Positions 48,414 through 57,676 of a stretch of 64,000 nucleotides of DNA are shown piece by piece. Position 1 is the first letter of the stretch. Every line of letters starts with the position of its first letter. Both the position numbers and the translations under genes were made by a program. Below the pieces are notes generated by a model. The model saw nothing but the letters and a program-made list of their open reading frames with translations, did not search any database and had not been told where the DNA came from. The DNA lies in the NCBI GenBank assembly GCA_002842095.1, contig PHCB01000011.1, positions 96,481-160,480 on the forward strand, read 5' to 3'. This DNA comes from a candidate division BRC1 bacterium HGW-BRC1-1. Its GTDB lineage: Bacteria; Sumerlaeota; Sumerlaeia; Sumerlaeales; Sumerlaeaceae.

Positions 48414-48974
48414 TCAGCTTATCTTATCAAATTCGCTGATAGGTTCTTTGCAGACCGGGCACTTTTCGAAATCAAGCATGGTGACGGTCTCGCCACAAAC
48501 GCGGCAAACGTAGAATTCTCTCGGTTCACGCCACTCTTCCAGAGCATCAATGGCCGCTTGATAAAACCGGGCATGGCTCTCTTCCGCAGCCTTGGCAAAT
48601 GCAAAGGAACGGATGGCTCCCTTATCGCGGTCGCCTCTGGCCTTAACGAGAAACTCGGGGTACATAACCTGAAACTCATGAGTCTCGCCCGCAAGAGCGT
48701 CCTTCAGGTTTTCCAAGGTACTCCGCACTTCAGGCGGTGGAATGATTGCTTGAGGCGTGGCTCCTTGTGCTTTGATCACTGCTGCATGATTGGCCGCATG
48801 CACACGCTCGGCGTGAGCAGCTGCGCGGAACAGAGAGGCCGCCCCCGCGTAACCATCTTCGTCGGCTTTTTTCGCGTAAACCGTATATTTGGCTGCTGCG
48901 TTAGACTCTCCCTCAAAGGCAGCTTGAAGGTTTTCCAACGTGGACGTCTCGGTGTTATCGGCTGAATTGCTCAT
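48414..48974 (-). CDS. rbr: Rubrerythrin
   Basis: Diiron ferritin-like helices (EGESNAAAKY, AHAERVHA, AGETHEF, AAEESHA) and a C-terminal rubredoxin-like CRVCG...CPVC. Confidence 0.92.
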   Translation of the reverse strand: MSNSADNTETSTLENLQAAFEGESNAAAKYTVYAKKADEDGYAGAASLFRAAAHAERVHAANHAAVIKAQGATPQAIIPPPEVRSTLENLKDALAGETHEFQVMYPEFLVKARGDRDKGAIRSFAFAKAAEESHARFYQAAIDALEEWREPREFYVCRVCGETVTMLDFEKCPVCKEPISEFDKIS

Positions 48975-49198
48975 GGGTGGTTTCCTTAATTCCCTGATTT
49001 GGGAATGTAGTGATGTCGAATGCCACCTATGAAGGGAAAGGCATTAGCGCAAGCATATATCACCCACCATCCCACTTACGAGAGGACGCTTCTATCGGGT
49101 CCGTCGGGCAGCATTAAAAATCTCAATTAATCTTTGACCATTCGTTTTTCACACAGACACTCCGTCCAGAAATATGATTGCAGACCCGGAGGTCTTTT

Positions 49199-50725
49199 AT
49201 GGCGTCGATGAGTTATAAACTCTTGTGTGGAACATTTTTATTTTCGATGCTGAGTGCTGCTGCCTTCGCTGCGCTCCCATCGGATCCAACGCCCACCATC
49301 GCCACTCAGATCTTACCCGCGCCCACTGTTCAACAAGAGCGCCCATGGTCAGCCCCCGCTCAAGGTCTCGATCTCAATTTTTTATATGTGCCCGAGGGCA
49401 CCACCGATACAGAGCATGTCCTCCCTCCTTTCACTTTGGGTTGTCCTGATGAGCTCAAGATTCAATTGGGCGGAAGCTACGTTTTCCGTTATGAAAAACG
49501 ACGAAATTTTGACCTCAACAGCAGCAAGGACGACAATGACTCACTGCGCTTCATGCGCACGTTTCTCGACCTCGACGTCGTCTACCGGGGGATGATTCGC
49601 GGATACATGCAGCTCATCGATGCCCAAGTGAGCAACTACCGCGTGGAACCCTCTCCTTTCTCTATCGATCGATGGGACATTTATCAGCTCTTCGTCGAGT
49701 TGAAAGAATCGCCGGAGTCACCTTTCACCCTGCGTCTTGGCCGTCAGGTACTGCCTACGGTTTCAGAAGGTCGTGTGTGGGGCAAGCCACCCGTTGAGTA
49801 TTATTGGTTCAACATCATCCCCGTTTTTGACGGGGCCATGCTCGACTACAAATCGAAGAACTTCGACTCGCACCTCTTTCTCCTCCGCCCACTCGTTCCT
49901 CGTACGCTGCAAGACGGCGTATCAAGGGCTGATAGTTTAAGAGAGATTGATGGACGCCTGCACTATGGTTCCTACAATGTCTGGCGTGGATGGGCTCCTC
50001 ACCGTCTGGAGTTTTATCTGCTCGGCCTGCATGATGGAGACAAAAATCGCGTCTTTCCGCCCTCATACACAAGCGAAGACAAAGTGGCCGGCTCGCTGGA
50101 TCGTTACACGGTGGGAGCTTTTATGCGCGGCCCCATCCACGAATGGGAAAATTGCGGAACGCTGGGATATGGCATCGAGGGTGCCTTCCAATGGGGACAT
50201 CAGTCAAACGATGACATAAAAGCTTACATGCTCCATGGCGACATCAACTATCAATGGGTCCACCCTTGGAAACCAAAAGTTACCCTTCTGGGCAATCTGG
50301 GCACCGGCGACCGCAAAAGAGGCGACGGCGAGAACAACACCTTCGATCCGATGTTCGGTGCCTCCCATGGTCCCTACGGCACGATGGATTTCGAAAAACT
50401 GACGAACCTCCGTGAGGTGGCGCTTACGGCCAGTGTGGAACCCACGAAGAAACTGAAAGTAACGGCAGAACTCCACAAGTTCTGGCTCGACTCACGCACA
50501 GCTCCCTGGGTTTCCCCCCTCGGAATTAACTACGGGTCCGACCCCACGGGGCAATCCGGACGCGATATCGGAGCGGAAGCCGATCTGACGATTGCCTACC
50601 AGGCGAGCAAGAAGCTCCGGATTGAGACCGGTGCCGGTCACTACTTTGGCGGAAGATTCTCGGAAAAGCGCGGTGACACCGGCAATGCGAATTTCATGTT
50701 CGTGCAAACCGTCATCAAATTCTGA
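49199..50725 (+). CDS. Outer-membrane beta-barrel protein, alginate-export (AlgE-like) family
   Basis: Signal peptide MASMSYKLLCGTFLFSMLSAAAFA and alternating beta-strand pattern. It contains LGGSYVFRYEKRRNFDL and ends in a terminal aromatic residue (FVQTVIKF). GGAGG sits 6 nt before the ATG at 49199. Confidence 0.6.
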   Translation: MASMSYKLLCGTFLFSMLSAAAFAALPSDPTPTIATQILPAPTVQQERPWSAPAQGLDLNFLYVPEGTTDTEHVLPPFTLGCPDELKIQLGGSYVFRYEKRRNFDLNSSKDDNDSLRFMRTFLDLDVVYRGMIRGYMQLIDAQVSNYRVEPSPFSIDRWDIYQLFVELKESPESPFTLRLGRQVLPTVSEGRVWGKPPVEYYWFNIIPVFDGAMLDYKSKNFDSHLFLLRPLVPRTLQDGVSRADSLREIDGRLHYGSYNVWRGWAPHRLEFYLLGLHDGDKNRVFPPSYTSEDKVAGSLDRYTVGAFMRGPIHEWENCGTLGYGIEGAFQWGHQSNDDIKAYMLHGDINYQWVHPWKPKVTLLGNLGTGDRKRGDGENNTFDPMFGASHGPYGTMDFEKLTNLREVALTASVEPTKKLKVTAELHKFWLDSRTAPWVSPLGINYGSDPTGQSGRDIGAEADLTIAYQASKKLRIETGAGHYFGGRFSEKRGDTGNANFMFVQTVIKF

Positions 50726-50849
50726 GCAAAGGAACCTGCGAATCTCGAAGGCCCGGTCAGAGTAATCCAATACTGGATAGGCGCTGTCCTTCCGTCTGAA
50801 GGAAGGTCTGCGTCGAGCCCAGCATGAGCATAACGGGGCATTCAACAGC

Positions 50850-51842
50850 GTGGAATTTAAAGACTACTACAAGACCCTCGGCGTGGCTCGAAACGCCTCG
50901 GACGAAGAGATAAAAAAAGCCTTCCGCGGCCTGGCCCGCAAATATCACCCCGACGTGGCGAAGGACAAAAAAACCGCAGAAGCCAAATTCAAAGAGATTA
51001 ACGAAGCTTACGAGGTTCTGCGAAATCCTGAGAATCGTCGCAAATACGATGAGCTTGGGGCAAACTGGAAACAAGGCGCCGGCTTCCAGCCACCTCCCGG
51101 GTGGCAGCCTCATGGTGGCATGGGCGGCATGGGGGGTGGCCAGGCCCATGAATTTCGTTTCGCAGGCACCGGATTCAGCGATTTCTTCGAACAGTTTTTC
51201 GCCGGCGGTGGGGCGCAATTCTCGACCATGGATGAAACCGACCTTTTCGGGGCAGGAGCAGGTCGTCGTCAGGCCGGGCCACGCCAACGCCGCGGTGCCA
51301 ACGTGGAAGGCGACATCATGGTGACCCTCGAAGAGGCTTTCACCGGCTCCGTAAGGGCGGTCTCGCTGCAACAGTACGATCCCCAAAAGGGCGAATCACA
51401 GGTTCATACGTTTCAGGTGCGCATACCGGCTGGAGTTCAGGACGGGCAAACAATCCGCGTGCCGGGTAAAGGCGATGCCGGCAGCGGTGGGGCCGCAGCG
51501 GGTGACCTGTTTCTCCACGTACGATTTGCATCCCATCCTGAGTTTCGGTCGCATGGTGCAGACTTGTACCACGAGCTGGATCTCGCACCCTGGGAGGCAG
51601 TTCTTGGGGCCACCATCGAAGTACCCACACTGGAAAAGCCGGTAACCCTTCGCATCCCGGCCGGCTCAACCGACGGCAAAAAATTGCGTGTTCGCGGACA
51701 AGGACTCCCCTCAAAAAACGGTCAGCGTGGCGAACTGTTCGTTGTCCTCAATATTGAAACACCGGCGCAGCTGACGGATGAGGAACGCAAAGCCTGGGAG
51801 CATCTCGCAACGGTTTCTAAATTCAGCCCGCGAGACAACTGA
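50850..51842 (+). CDS. cbpA: Curved-DNA-binding protein type DnaJ homolog (J-domain, G/F region, no zinc finger)
   Basis: DYYKTLGVARNASDEEIKKAFRGLARKYHPDV, a Gly-rich linker, and C-terminal DnaJ_C repeats. No CxxCxGxG motifs are present. The start codon is GTG. Confidence 0.85.
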   Translation: MEFKDYYKTLGVARNASDEEIKKAFRGLARKYHPDVAKDKKTAEAKFKEINEAYEVLRNPENRRKYDELGANWKQGAGFQPPPGWQPHGGMGGMGGGQAHEFRFAGTGFSDFFEQFFAGGGAQFSTMDETDLFGAGAGRRQAGPRQRRGANVEGDIMVTLEEAFTGSVRAVSLQQYDPQKGESQVHTFQVRIPAGVQDGQTIRVPGKGDAGSGGAAAGDLFLHVRFASHPEFRSHGADLYHELDLAPWEAVLGATIEVPTLEKPVTLRIPAGSTDGKKLRVRGQGLPSKNGQRGELFVVLNIETPAQLTDEERKAWEHLATVSKFSPRDN

Positions 51843-51860
51843 CCGCCGCTCTTGGTAGTT

Positions 51861-52451
51861 TCAGGGGCGGCAAAAGGGGCAGGGCTTCAGATCCTTGGCA
51901 AGTGCCTCACTCCGTGTGAGAGGCAGAGCTTCGCGGGCGAAGCGGCAATCACGCTTGTGAAAGAGGCCATCCAACGTCGCATACACGCGCACACGATTTT
52001 TGGCGGCATTTGACACATTCGCAGAAGCTCTGTTTTCCAGATCGGTTTCGGCGGCGGCCGGAACCACCGCGGTTTCCGGGGTGACAGCAGCAGCAACGTC
52101 GTCTGATGTTCTAGGCAAGACGTTTCGCATAGCCGGCAACACCGTTCCCGGCACCACCGGCACCGGGCGCGCAGCAATGGGACGCACCGTCGGGGTAGGT
52201 GCAACCCGAGAGTGGAGCCCTGAAGGAGGATTCAACTCATTTTTCTCCGGAGAGTGGGCCCCGATTGTTAATTCAGGCTTAGTATCCAGAGAACTATTAT
52301 CCGGCTCCTCTGAAGGCGCCGGACCTTCAATCACGGAGGGCTGACTGGATGTTGTTTCCCCTTCATCGGATAACGTGGATGGCACAGGCGGCTGCGCACA
52401 AGCCACCGCGCTTATCATGCAGATAATTCCTGTAATCCGACCGATATGCAC
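51861..52451 (-). CDS. Putative lipoprotein with a Pro/Thr/Ala-rich linker and a C-terminal H-x3-C...C-x2-C motif
   Basis: Lipobox-like GIICMISAVAC. The C-terminus reads VYATLDGLFHKRDCRFAREALPLTRSEALAKDLKPCPFCRP. Confidence 0.5.
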   Translation of the reverse strand: MHIGRITGIICMISAVACAQPPVPSTLSDEGETTSSQPSVIEGPAPSEEPDNSSLDTKPELTIGAHSPEKNELNPPSGLHSRVAPTPTVRPIAARPVPVVPGTVLPAMRNVLPRTSDDVAAAVTPETAVVPAAAETDLENRASANVSNAAKNRVRVYATLDGLFHKRDCRFAREALPLTRSEALAKDLKPCPFCRP

Positions 52452-52632
52452 CGAACAAGTCTCCGCGATTCATCGCTTTGTAAAACTGCGAAACCCCCAA
52501 AAAGACAACGTGAGCGTGATACCAGAAGGAGACAATCGAAGGATTTAAAAATAAGACAACCAATGCCTCATCAAAGTTCGTCACGGCATGGATGTGTCAA
52601 GGCCGTATATGCCAAAAGGAGGAAGAAAAAGA

Positions 52633-52718
52633 TGGTGCCGGAGGTGGGATTCGAACCCACACGAGTGTGACCTCGGAGGATTTTGAGTCCTCTGCGTCTG
52701 CCATTCCGCCACTCCGGC
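52633..52718 (-). tRNA. tRNA-Leu (anticodon CAA), with encoded CCA end
   Basis: The reverse complement folds as a class II tRNA. The acceptor stem is GCCGGAG/CTCCGGC. The anticodon arm is GAGGA-CTCAAAA-TCCTC (CAA). There is a long variable arm CGAGGTCACACTCG and a T arm GTGGGTTCGAATCCCAC, ending in ACCA. Confidence 0.93.
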
Positions 52719-52783
52719 ACAAGGAAGGCTGGCCAACTTCGTCATTGCATTACTCACACCAGCAACCCTTATTTTGCTAAGTT

Positions 52784-53599
52784 ATGAGAAGAGTTAATTG
52801 CCTAACCATAGCAGGCAGCGACCCGAGTGGAGGGGCTGGAATTCAAGGCGACTTGAAAACCTTTACCGTGCTGGGCGCATACGGCATGGCCGTGATAACC
52901 GCCTTAACCGCTCAAAACACCCAGGGAGTGACCGGCGTTCACGAATCACCCCCCGATTTTGTGGCTCTTCAGCTCAAAACCCTGTTTGCTGATGTGAAGG
53001 TTCACGCAGCCAAAACAGGCATGTTAGCCACCGCAGAAATTATAGAAGCCGTTGTGGCAAACCTGCCCGACGGTTTACCCCTCGTGGTGGATCCCGTAAT
53101 GGTCTCAACTTCAGGCTCCCGGTTGTTGGAAGCATCGGCGGTGGAAGCGATTAAGAGTAGACTTCTTCCCCGGGCCTGGATGGCGACCCCAAACGCCCCC
53201 GAGGCCGAGGTATTAACAGGCATCTGCATTCGCACAGTGGATGACGCCGTGGCAACCGCCGAAGCGATTACCGGTATGGGCGTCGAACATGTTTTGGTAA
53301 AGGGTGGCGACAGCAATCTCGAACCGGGAATTGTTGTCGATGTGTTCCGAACACATGGGCAAACCCATATTTTGCGAGAGGACCGCATCGACACCATCCA
53401 TACCCACGGCAGCGGGTGCGCTCTGGCCTCAGCCCTGTGTGTGGCGGCAGGCCGTGGTTACTCGGCCCGGGAGTCGGTGGATTTCGCACGGGAGTTCATC
53501 CAGCGAGCCATCCTCACGGCAAAGAAATTCGGCGAGGGCCATGGTCCGGTAAATCATTTGTGGCCTTTGGAGGCACAGTGGACTGGCGAAGTGGAATAA
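52784..53599 (+). CDS. thiD: Hydroxymethylpyrimidine/phosphomethylpyrimidine kinase
   Basis: LTIAGSDPSGGAGIQGDLKTF, TALTAQNTQGV, KTGMLA, and THGSGCALASAL near the C-terminus. Confidence 0.92.
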   Translation: MRRVNCLTIAGSDPSGGAGIQGDLKTFTVLGAYGMAVITALTAQNTQGVTGVHESPPDFVALQLKTLFADVKVHAAKTGMLATAEIIEAVVANLPDGLPLVVDPVMVSTSGSRLLEASAVEAIKSRLLPRAWMATPNAPEAEVLTGICIRTVDDAVATAEAITGMGVEHVLVKGGDSNLEPGIVVDVFRTHGQTHILREDRIDTIHTHGSGCALASALCVAAGRGYSARESVDFAREFIQRAILTAKKFGEGHGPVNHLWPLEAQWTGEVE

Positions 53600-53674
53600 T
53601 TGCAATCTCGTAACCATAGCCATTGTTGACGCTCAAACCATGACCAAACACCAGCACACCACTGCCTTCACCGC

Positions 53675-55027
53675 ATGAATTCTTTAGCATCCGAGGCCGC
53701 CCCGCCGGTGGCTGATCTCACATCAATCTATTCGATAGGCTGGCCCCTGCTGGCCGCTCTGGGCTTACTGATTATCTGCGCGGGATGTTCGGCCGCCGAG
53801 ATAACAATTTTCTCCCTCACCCCCTCTCATCTCGATCAGGCTCACATCAGCCGCCGGCGCAGGTTAAAGAACTTAAAAGCAATTTTCGCAAATCCGGGGC
53901 CTTTGTTTCTGGCTCTTACGGTTGTTCGGATACTCTCCCAAATCGGGGTGGCGTTACTTTCACTCACCATCGCGTCGAGGGTCATGCCCACCAATTCCCC
54001 GTGGCAGACCATCCTGATAGCAGCGCTCATCGCCTTCCTCGCTCTCACGCTTTTTGGTGAGTTTCTTCCGAAGGCAGCCGTCATGGACACCTCCCTTCAA
54101 TTTGCCGCCCGCCTCTCAACCCCTTTGCTGATCTTCGCCCGATGGTTGGGCCCCCTGCCAAAACTATTCTTCTCCATAGCCGAAAAGGCTTTCCCCCCCG
54201 ACGCGCGTCAAACCGAGTTTGTCGCCGACTTCCTCGCCCGGGCCCAGTTGAAAGGACTCATCGACCGGGGCGAGGTGGAGGGTCTGCTGGATGACCGTGA
54301 ACGAGAGTTAATCTCCGACATATTCGAATTCCGCCTTTCAACGGTGGATCAAATCATGATTCCCCGCCCCTTGATCGAAGTACTGCCGGACTCGCTGAGC
54401 CACGAAGAAATGTTGGCGACTTGCCGACAAACCCGGCATTCTCGGATTCCCATCTTTCGCGACACGGTCGATCAGATTATCGCCGTCGTACACGTGAAAG
54501 AAATCCTCGCGAATCCCGAGACCCCTTATACCAACTTCTTTCGAGAGCCTCTTTTCGTTCCCGAGAAGTGTGATCTGACTGATCTTCTGGCAGAATTTCA
54601 GAAACGCCGGATGCACCTGGCGCTGGTGGTTGATGAATACGGGGGCATATCAGGAGCGGTGTCTCTCGCCGATCTTCTGAAAGAAATCACCAGTTCTTTC
54701 GTCACGGTGGAAAAATCCACAGCCATCCGCAGTGTCGGAATCAACCGTTGGGTGGTGCGCGGTGATTGCGAGATTTTTGATTTCAATGACCTCCTCGAGG
54801 CGGAACTCCCCGATCGCACAAGTCGCACCATCGGCGGTTTTCTCACGGAAACCCTGGGCAGATTTCCCAACCCACAGGAAGTCATTGAATACGACAATCT
54901 AAGATTCACCGTGCTCCGGATCCAATCCCACCGTGTAGCACTGGTCAAAGTGTCGCGTCAGACAGATGCGGATGAAACCGGCCAACTGCAAAAATCGACC
55001 AGCGATCAAGAGCAGGAACGATCATGA
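53675..55027 (+). CDS. CNNM/DUF21 - CBS pair - CorC_HlyC domain membrane protein (hemolysin C/TlyC-like, putative divalent cation efflux)
   Basis: Four N-terminal TM helices, CBS region (IMIPRP...IPIF...VVHVKEIL, LALVVDEYGGISGAVSLADLL), and C-terminal transporter-associated domain (TIGGFLTETLGRFP). Confidence 0.85.
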   Translation: MNSLASEAAPPVADLTSIYSIGWPLLAALGLLIICAGCSAAEITIFSLTPSHLDQAHISRRRRLKNLKAIFANPGPLFLALTVVRILSQIGVALLSLTIASRVMPTNSPWQTILIAALIAFLALTLFGEFLPKAAVMDTSLQFAARLSTPLLIFARWLGPLPKLFFSIAEKAFPPDARQTEFVADFLARAQLKGLIDRGEVEGLLDDRERELISDIFEFRLSTVDQIMIPRPLIEVLPDSLSHEEMLATCRQTRHSRIPIFRDTVDQIIAVVHVKEILANPETPYTNFFREPLFVPEKCDLTDLLAEFQKRRMHLALVVDEYGGISGAVSLADLLKEITSSFVTVEKSTAIRSVGINRWVVRGDCEIFDFNDLLEAELPDRTSRTIGGFLTETLGRFPNPQEVIEYDNLRFTVLRIQSHRVALVKVSRQTDADETGQLQKSTSDQEQERS

Positions 55028-56319
55028 CCCCGATTCTTGCGCTTCTCATTCTCCTGTTGGCCATGACTCTCGGAGCTCTCTTTACGGGCATGGAAACCGT
55101 CGCCCTGACAGCCAACCGAATCCGCATCCACCGCGATGAGTCCGGCTGGGCGACTCCCATGCGTGACGTGTACCGCCTGCTGGGCGTCACTCAAACGACA
55201 GTCGCGGCTGCAACCATCGCTCAAATCGCCTGCCTTGTGACCGCTGCCATTGCCGCCGACCTGCTCACGGATCAAATGATGCGTTCCACTCGTGGATTTT
55301 CGCCACGCTCGCTATTCGACGATCTGATCCTCCTTTTTCTCCTGACCCCCATCTATATTTTCTGGGTCAGGCTCCTCCCCAAGTTTTACTTTTCACGAAA
55401 TCCTGAAAGCTATTTACTGAACATCTTAGAGCCTGTGGTCTGGCTTCCCCGTCTGCTTGCTCCCCCCCTGCGATCATTGGCCAAGGGAGTGCGCCGAATC
55501 TTTGCTCGACTCGGTTCAGTCTCCGACACCAGCAGGGTGGTTAGTCTTACCGACAGTGACCTACAGGAAATGCTTTCGGCCTCCAGCCATGCGACGCGTG
55601 ACCTCGCCCTGGACAAAAAGATGATTTATGGTCTCTTCAGACTCGAGCAAACCATCGTCCGTGAAATCATGCAGCCGTTGGTAAACATCGCGACTCTCTC
55701 CCGCCATGAACTCTCGCGCGAAGGTCTGCTGGCTCTGGGGCGGGTATCCGGCTATACGCGGATTCCGGTCTATAGCCACCGCGTATTTAACATGGATGGA
55801 ATCATCAGCGTATCCGATGTTTTGAGAGATGACAAAAACACCCCTGTTGAGAAGTTCATAACGTCACCATTCTTCGTGCCCGAAACCATGCACGCGGACA
55901 TGTTGCTCTCGCGCATGATTGCCAATGAAATCGACATGGCCATCGTCATCGACGAGTATGGCGGCACGGTCGGCGTCGTTTCCCAGGAAGATGTTATTGA
56001 GGAAATCGTCGGAGACATCGAAGATGAATTCGACCCGGCGCGGATTCAGGTCGTTCGCGATGAACAGGGTGATTACCTTGTGGATGGTCGCATGGATATT
56101 GACGATCTTAACGATCGCTTCGGTGTGCATTTGCCCAACGAGGATTTTGACACTCTGGGCGGCTTCATTTACGACAACCTCGCACGGGTGCCCCGCGTGG
56201 GCGATATCGTCAGTACCGGCGAACTCACGCTGGAAGTTACCACAATGGATGGAAAACGCGTGGAGCGTGTGAAGCTGACGCTACTCACCCAAGATGAATC
56301 AGACCATCCGAATACCTGA
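55024..56319 (+). CDS. Second CNNM/DUF21 - CBS pair - CorC_HlyC protein (tandem paralog)
   Basis: Same architecture as the upstream gene (IMQPLVN..., RIPVYS, MAIVIDEYGGTVGVVSQEDVIEEIVGDIEDE, TLGGFIYDNLARVP). An ATGA overlap links it to the upstream paralog. Confidence 0.85.
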   Translation: MTPILALLILLLAMTLGALFTGMETVALTANRIRIHRDESGWATPMRDVYRLLGVTQTTVAAATIAQIACLVTAAIAADLLTDQMMRSTRGFSPRSLFDDLILLFLLTPIYIFWVRLLPKFYFSRNPESYLLNILEPVVWLPRLLAPPLRSLAKGVRRIFARLGSVSDTSRVVSLTDSDLQEMLSASSHATRDLALDKKMIYGLFRLEQTIVREIMQPLVNIATLSRHELSREGLLALGRVSGYTRIPVYSHRVFNMDGIISVSDVLRDDKNTPVEKFITSPFFVPETMHADMLLSRMIANEIDMAIVIDEYGGTVGVVSQEDVIEEIVGDIEDEFDPARIQVVRDEQGDYLVDGRMDIDDLNDRFGVHLPNEDFDTLGGFIYDNLARVPRVGDIVSTGELTLEVTTMDGKRVERVKLTLLTQDESDHPNT

Positions 56320-56360
56320 GTGAAGTTGCAGAGGGGCAGCCCTCCCCACCGGCTCGTCTC

Positions 56361-57101
56361 TTACTTGCGCTCGATGACTTCCTGAAGAACCTGATAGGTG
56401 CTCCAATCCCCGTCCAGATCATGCATGCGCAGGGTAATGCGCAGAGGCCCTGAGAATAACCGTGAGTCGCCCAGAGCAGCAATGGGCACTGCGGCACGAA
56501 ACATAACCGCCCGCTGACCTCCGTTATTTACAGGTGCCTGGCCATCAAATAATTCGAAATCCGCTGTGGAAATAATTCCCGCCGGCCGTGTTTGCGAGGC
56601 CATTAAATTCACTTCCGGGCGCGTGGCTCGCGACCCAAAGTTGAGAACAAAGCTCACCCGCCGCGAGGCAGAGGTTGGATCATCAAAAGTAAACTGAATG
56701 CCATCTCCGCCATAAGTAATCATCCACCACTCAGGCATGGCAGGGCGGGCGATGGGCTGGCAGAAGGGATAATCATCCACGAACTCCCCACGCACCACGA
56801 CCGCATCCGGCGTGAAGCCAATATCACACCGCAGAGAAGCATCGACCGGCCCATTCCAGTTAAAGCTGTTTTGAACAACCTGACTGGCCGAGGCGATCAA
56901 AATAGGATATACTGAAGTCAGTTCCCGGGCGGCGTCATCAAATCGGACATGCTCGGCTCCGCCCGAAAAATCAGCATCCACCATGGATGACCGGTTACCG
57001 CCGCTGGGCGTAACCTCGTCTGCATGACTCAACGTAGCGGGAAGCATGAGCGTCAACGCAACGGAGTAAATGACGGAACGTATCGAGGGCAAATTGCGCA
57101 T
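56361..57101 (-). CDS. Secreted hypothetical protein (246 aa)
   Basis: Signal peptide SVIYSVALTLMLPATLSHA and a beta-rich composition. No motif recognised. Confidence 0.55.
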   Translation of the reverse strand: MRNLPSIRSVIYSVALTLMLPATLSHADEVTPSGGNRSSMVDADFSGGAEHVRFDDAARELTSVYPILIASASQVVQNSFNWNGPVDASLRCDIGFTPDAVVVRGEFVDDYPFCQPIARPAMPEWWMITYGGDGIQFTFDDPTSASRRVSFVLNFGSRATRPEVNLMASQTRPAGIISTADFELFDGQAPVNNGGQRAVMFRAAVPIAALGDSRLFSGPLRITLRMHDLDGDWSTYQVLQEVIERK

Positions 57102-57115
57102 TCAGAAAACTGAGA

Positions 57116-57523
57116 TTAATATGCAACGACAGCAGCAGTGGCTGCTACGTTTGCCGCTCTTCCGGTTACCCGACGGAGTGTACCCACCGCGGCCCCCGTG
57201 GTATCCACCACCGCACCCACGGAATCTGTAACGCTTTCCTTAATGACGGAGGAGGGTCTGGTGCCAGTCTGCATGTCGCGTTGGGTAATCCGCCGGCCGA
57301 AGCCCTCGGGCTGCGACGTGGATTTCTGCGCGGGCCGTGTAAAGCCGAGAATTCTCTTCGGGAAATTAAGAACACGGTTCTTCAACGACCTTTCGGGATC
57401 GATGACTTTTACGCTCCCGTCTGCCTTTGTAACGACATATACCCGCCGTGCTTCAGCGTTCGATGAGAGCAATAGGAGGCAGACAAAAAGAGCCGCCAGT
57501 ATGTGAAATGGTCGGATACGCAT
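57116..57523 (-). CDS. Small secreted hypothetical protein (about 135 aa)
   Basis: The ATG at 57523 gives MRIRPFHILAALFVCLLLLSSNAEA (signal peptide). The longer track ORF (to 57613) would overlap the divergent HD gene region. Confidence 0.45.
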   Translation of the reverse strand: MRIRPFHILAALFVCLLLLSSNAEARRVYVVTKADGSVKVIDPERSLKNRVLNFPKRILGFTRPAQKSTSQPEGFGRRITQRDMQTGTRPSSVIKESVTDSVGAVVDTTGAAVGTLRRVTGRAANVAATAAVVAY

Positions 57524-57676
57524 GATCGAATCCAAATGAACCAAACGTCCGAGGGTGGAATCAACTGTTTTTCCTTGCCGCAAAAGCACTATGCGTTCTT
57601 TTTTCCAGATCACGGACCGACGTTTTCCACGGGCTCATGGAGAGAACAAGGTCTGACTTCACACAAGGTTGGCGAT

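Noticed and set aside
48975-49198. Search for a sigma54 (-24/-12) promoter in the rbr/porin gap beside the NtrC-type regulator
   Set aside because: There is no TGGCAC-N5-TTGC match on either strand. The closest candidate (AGGCAT-N-AAGC) has the wrong spacing and core.
52719-52783. Possible TPP riboswitch upstream of thiD
   Set aside because: Only 65 nt are available, and the conserved CUGAGA / ACCUGAUCUGGAUAAUGCCAGCG elements are absent.
52451-52784. tRNA-Leu locus as a possible integration hotspot or genomic island border
   Set aside because: There is no integrase, no repeated copy of the tRNA 3' end that I could see, and the flanking genes (thiD, a lipoprotein) look native.
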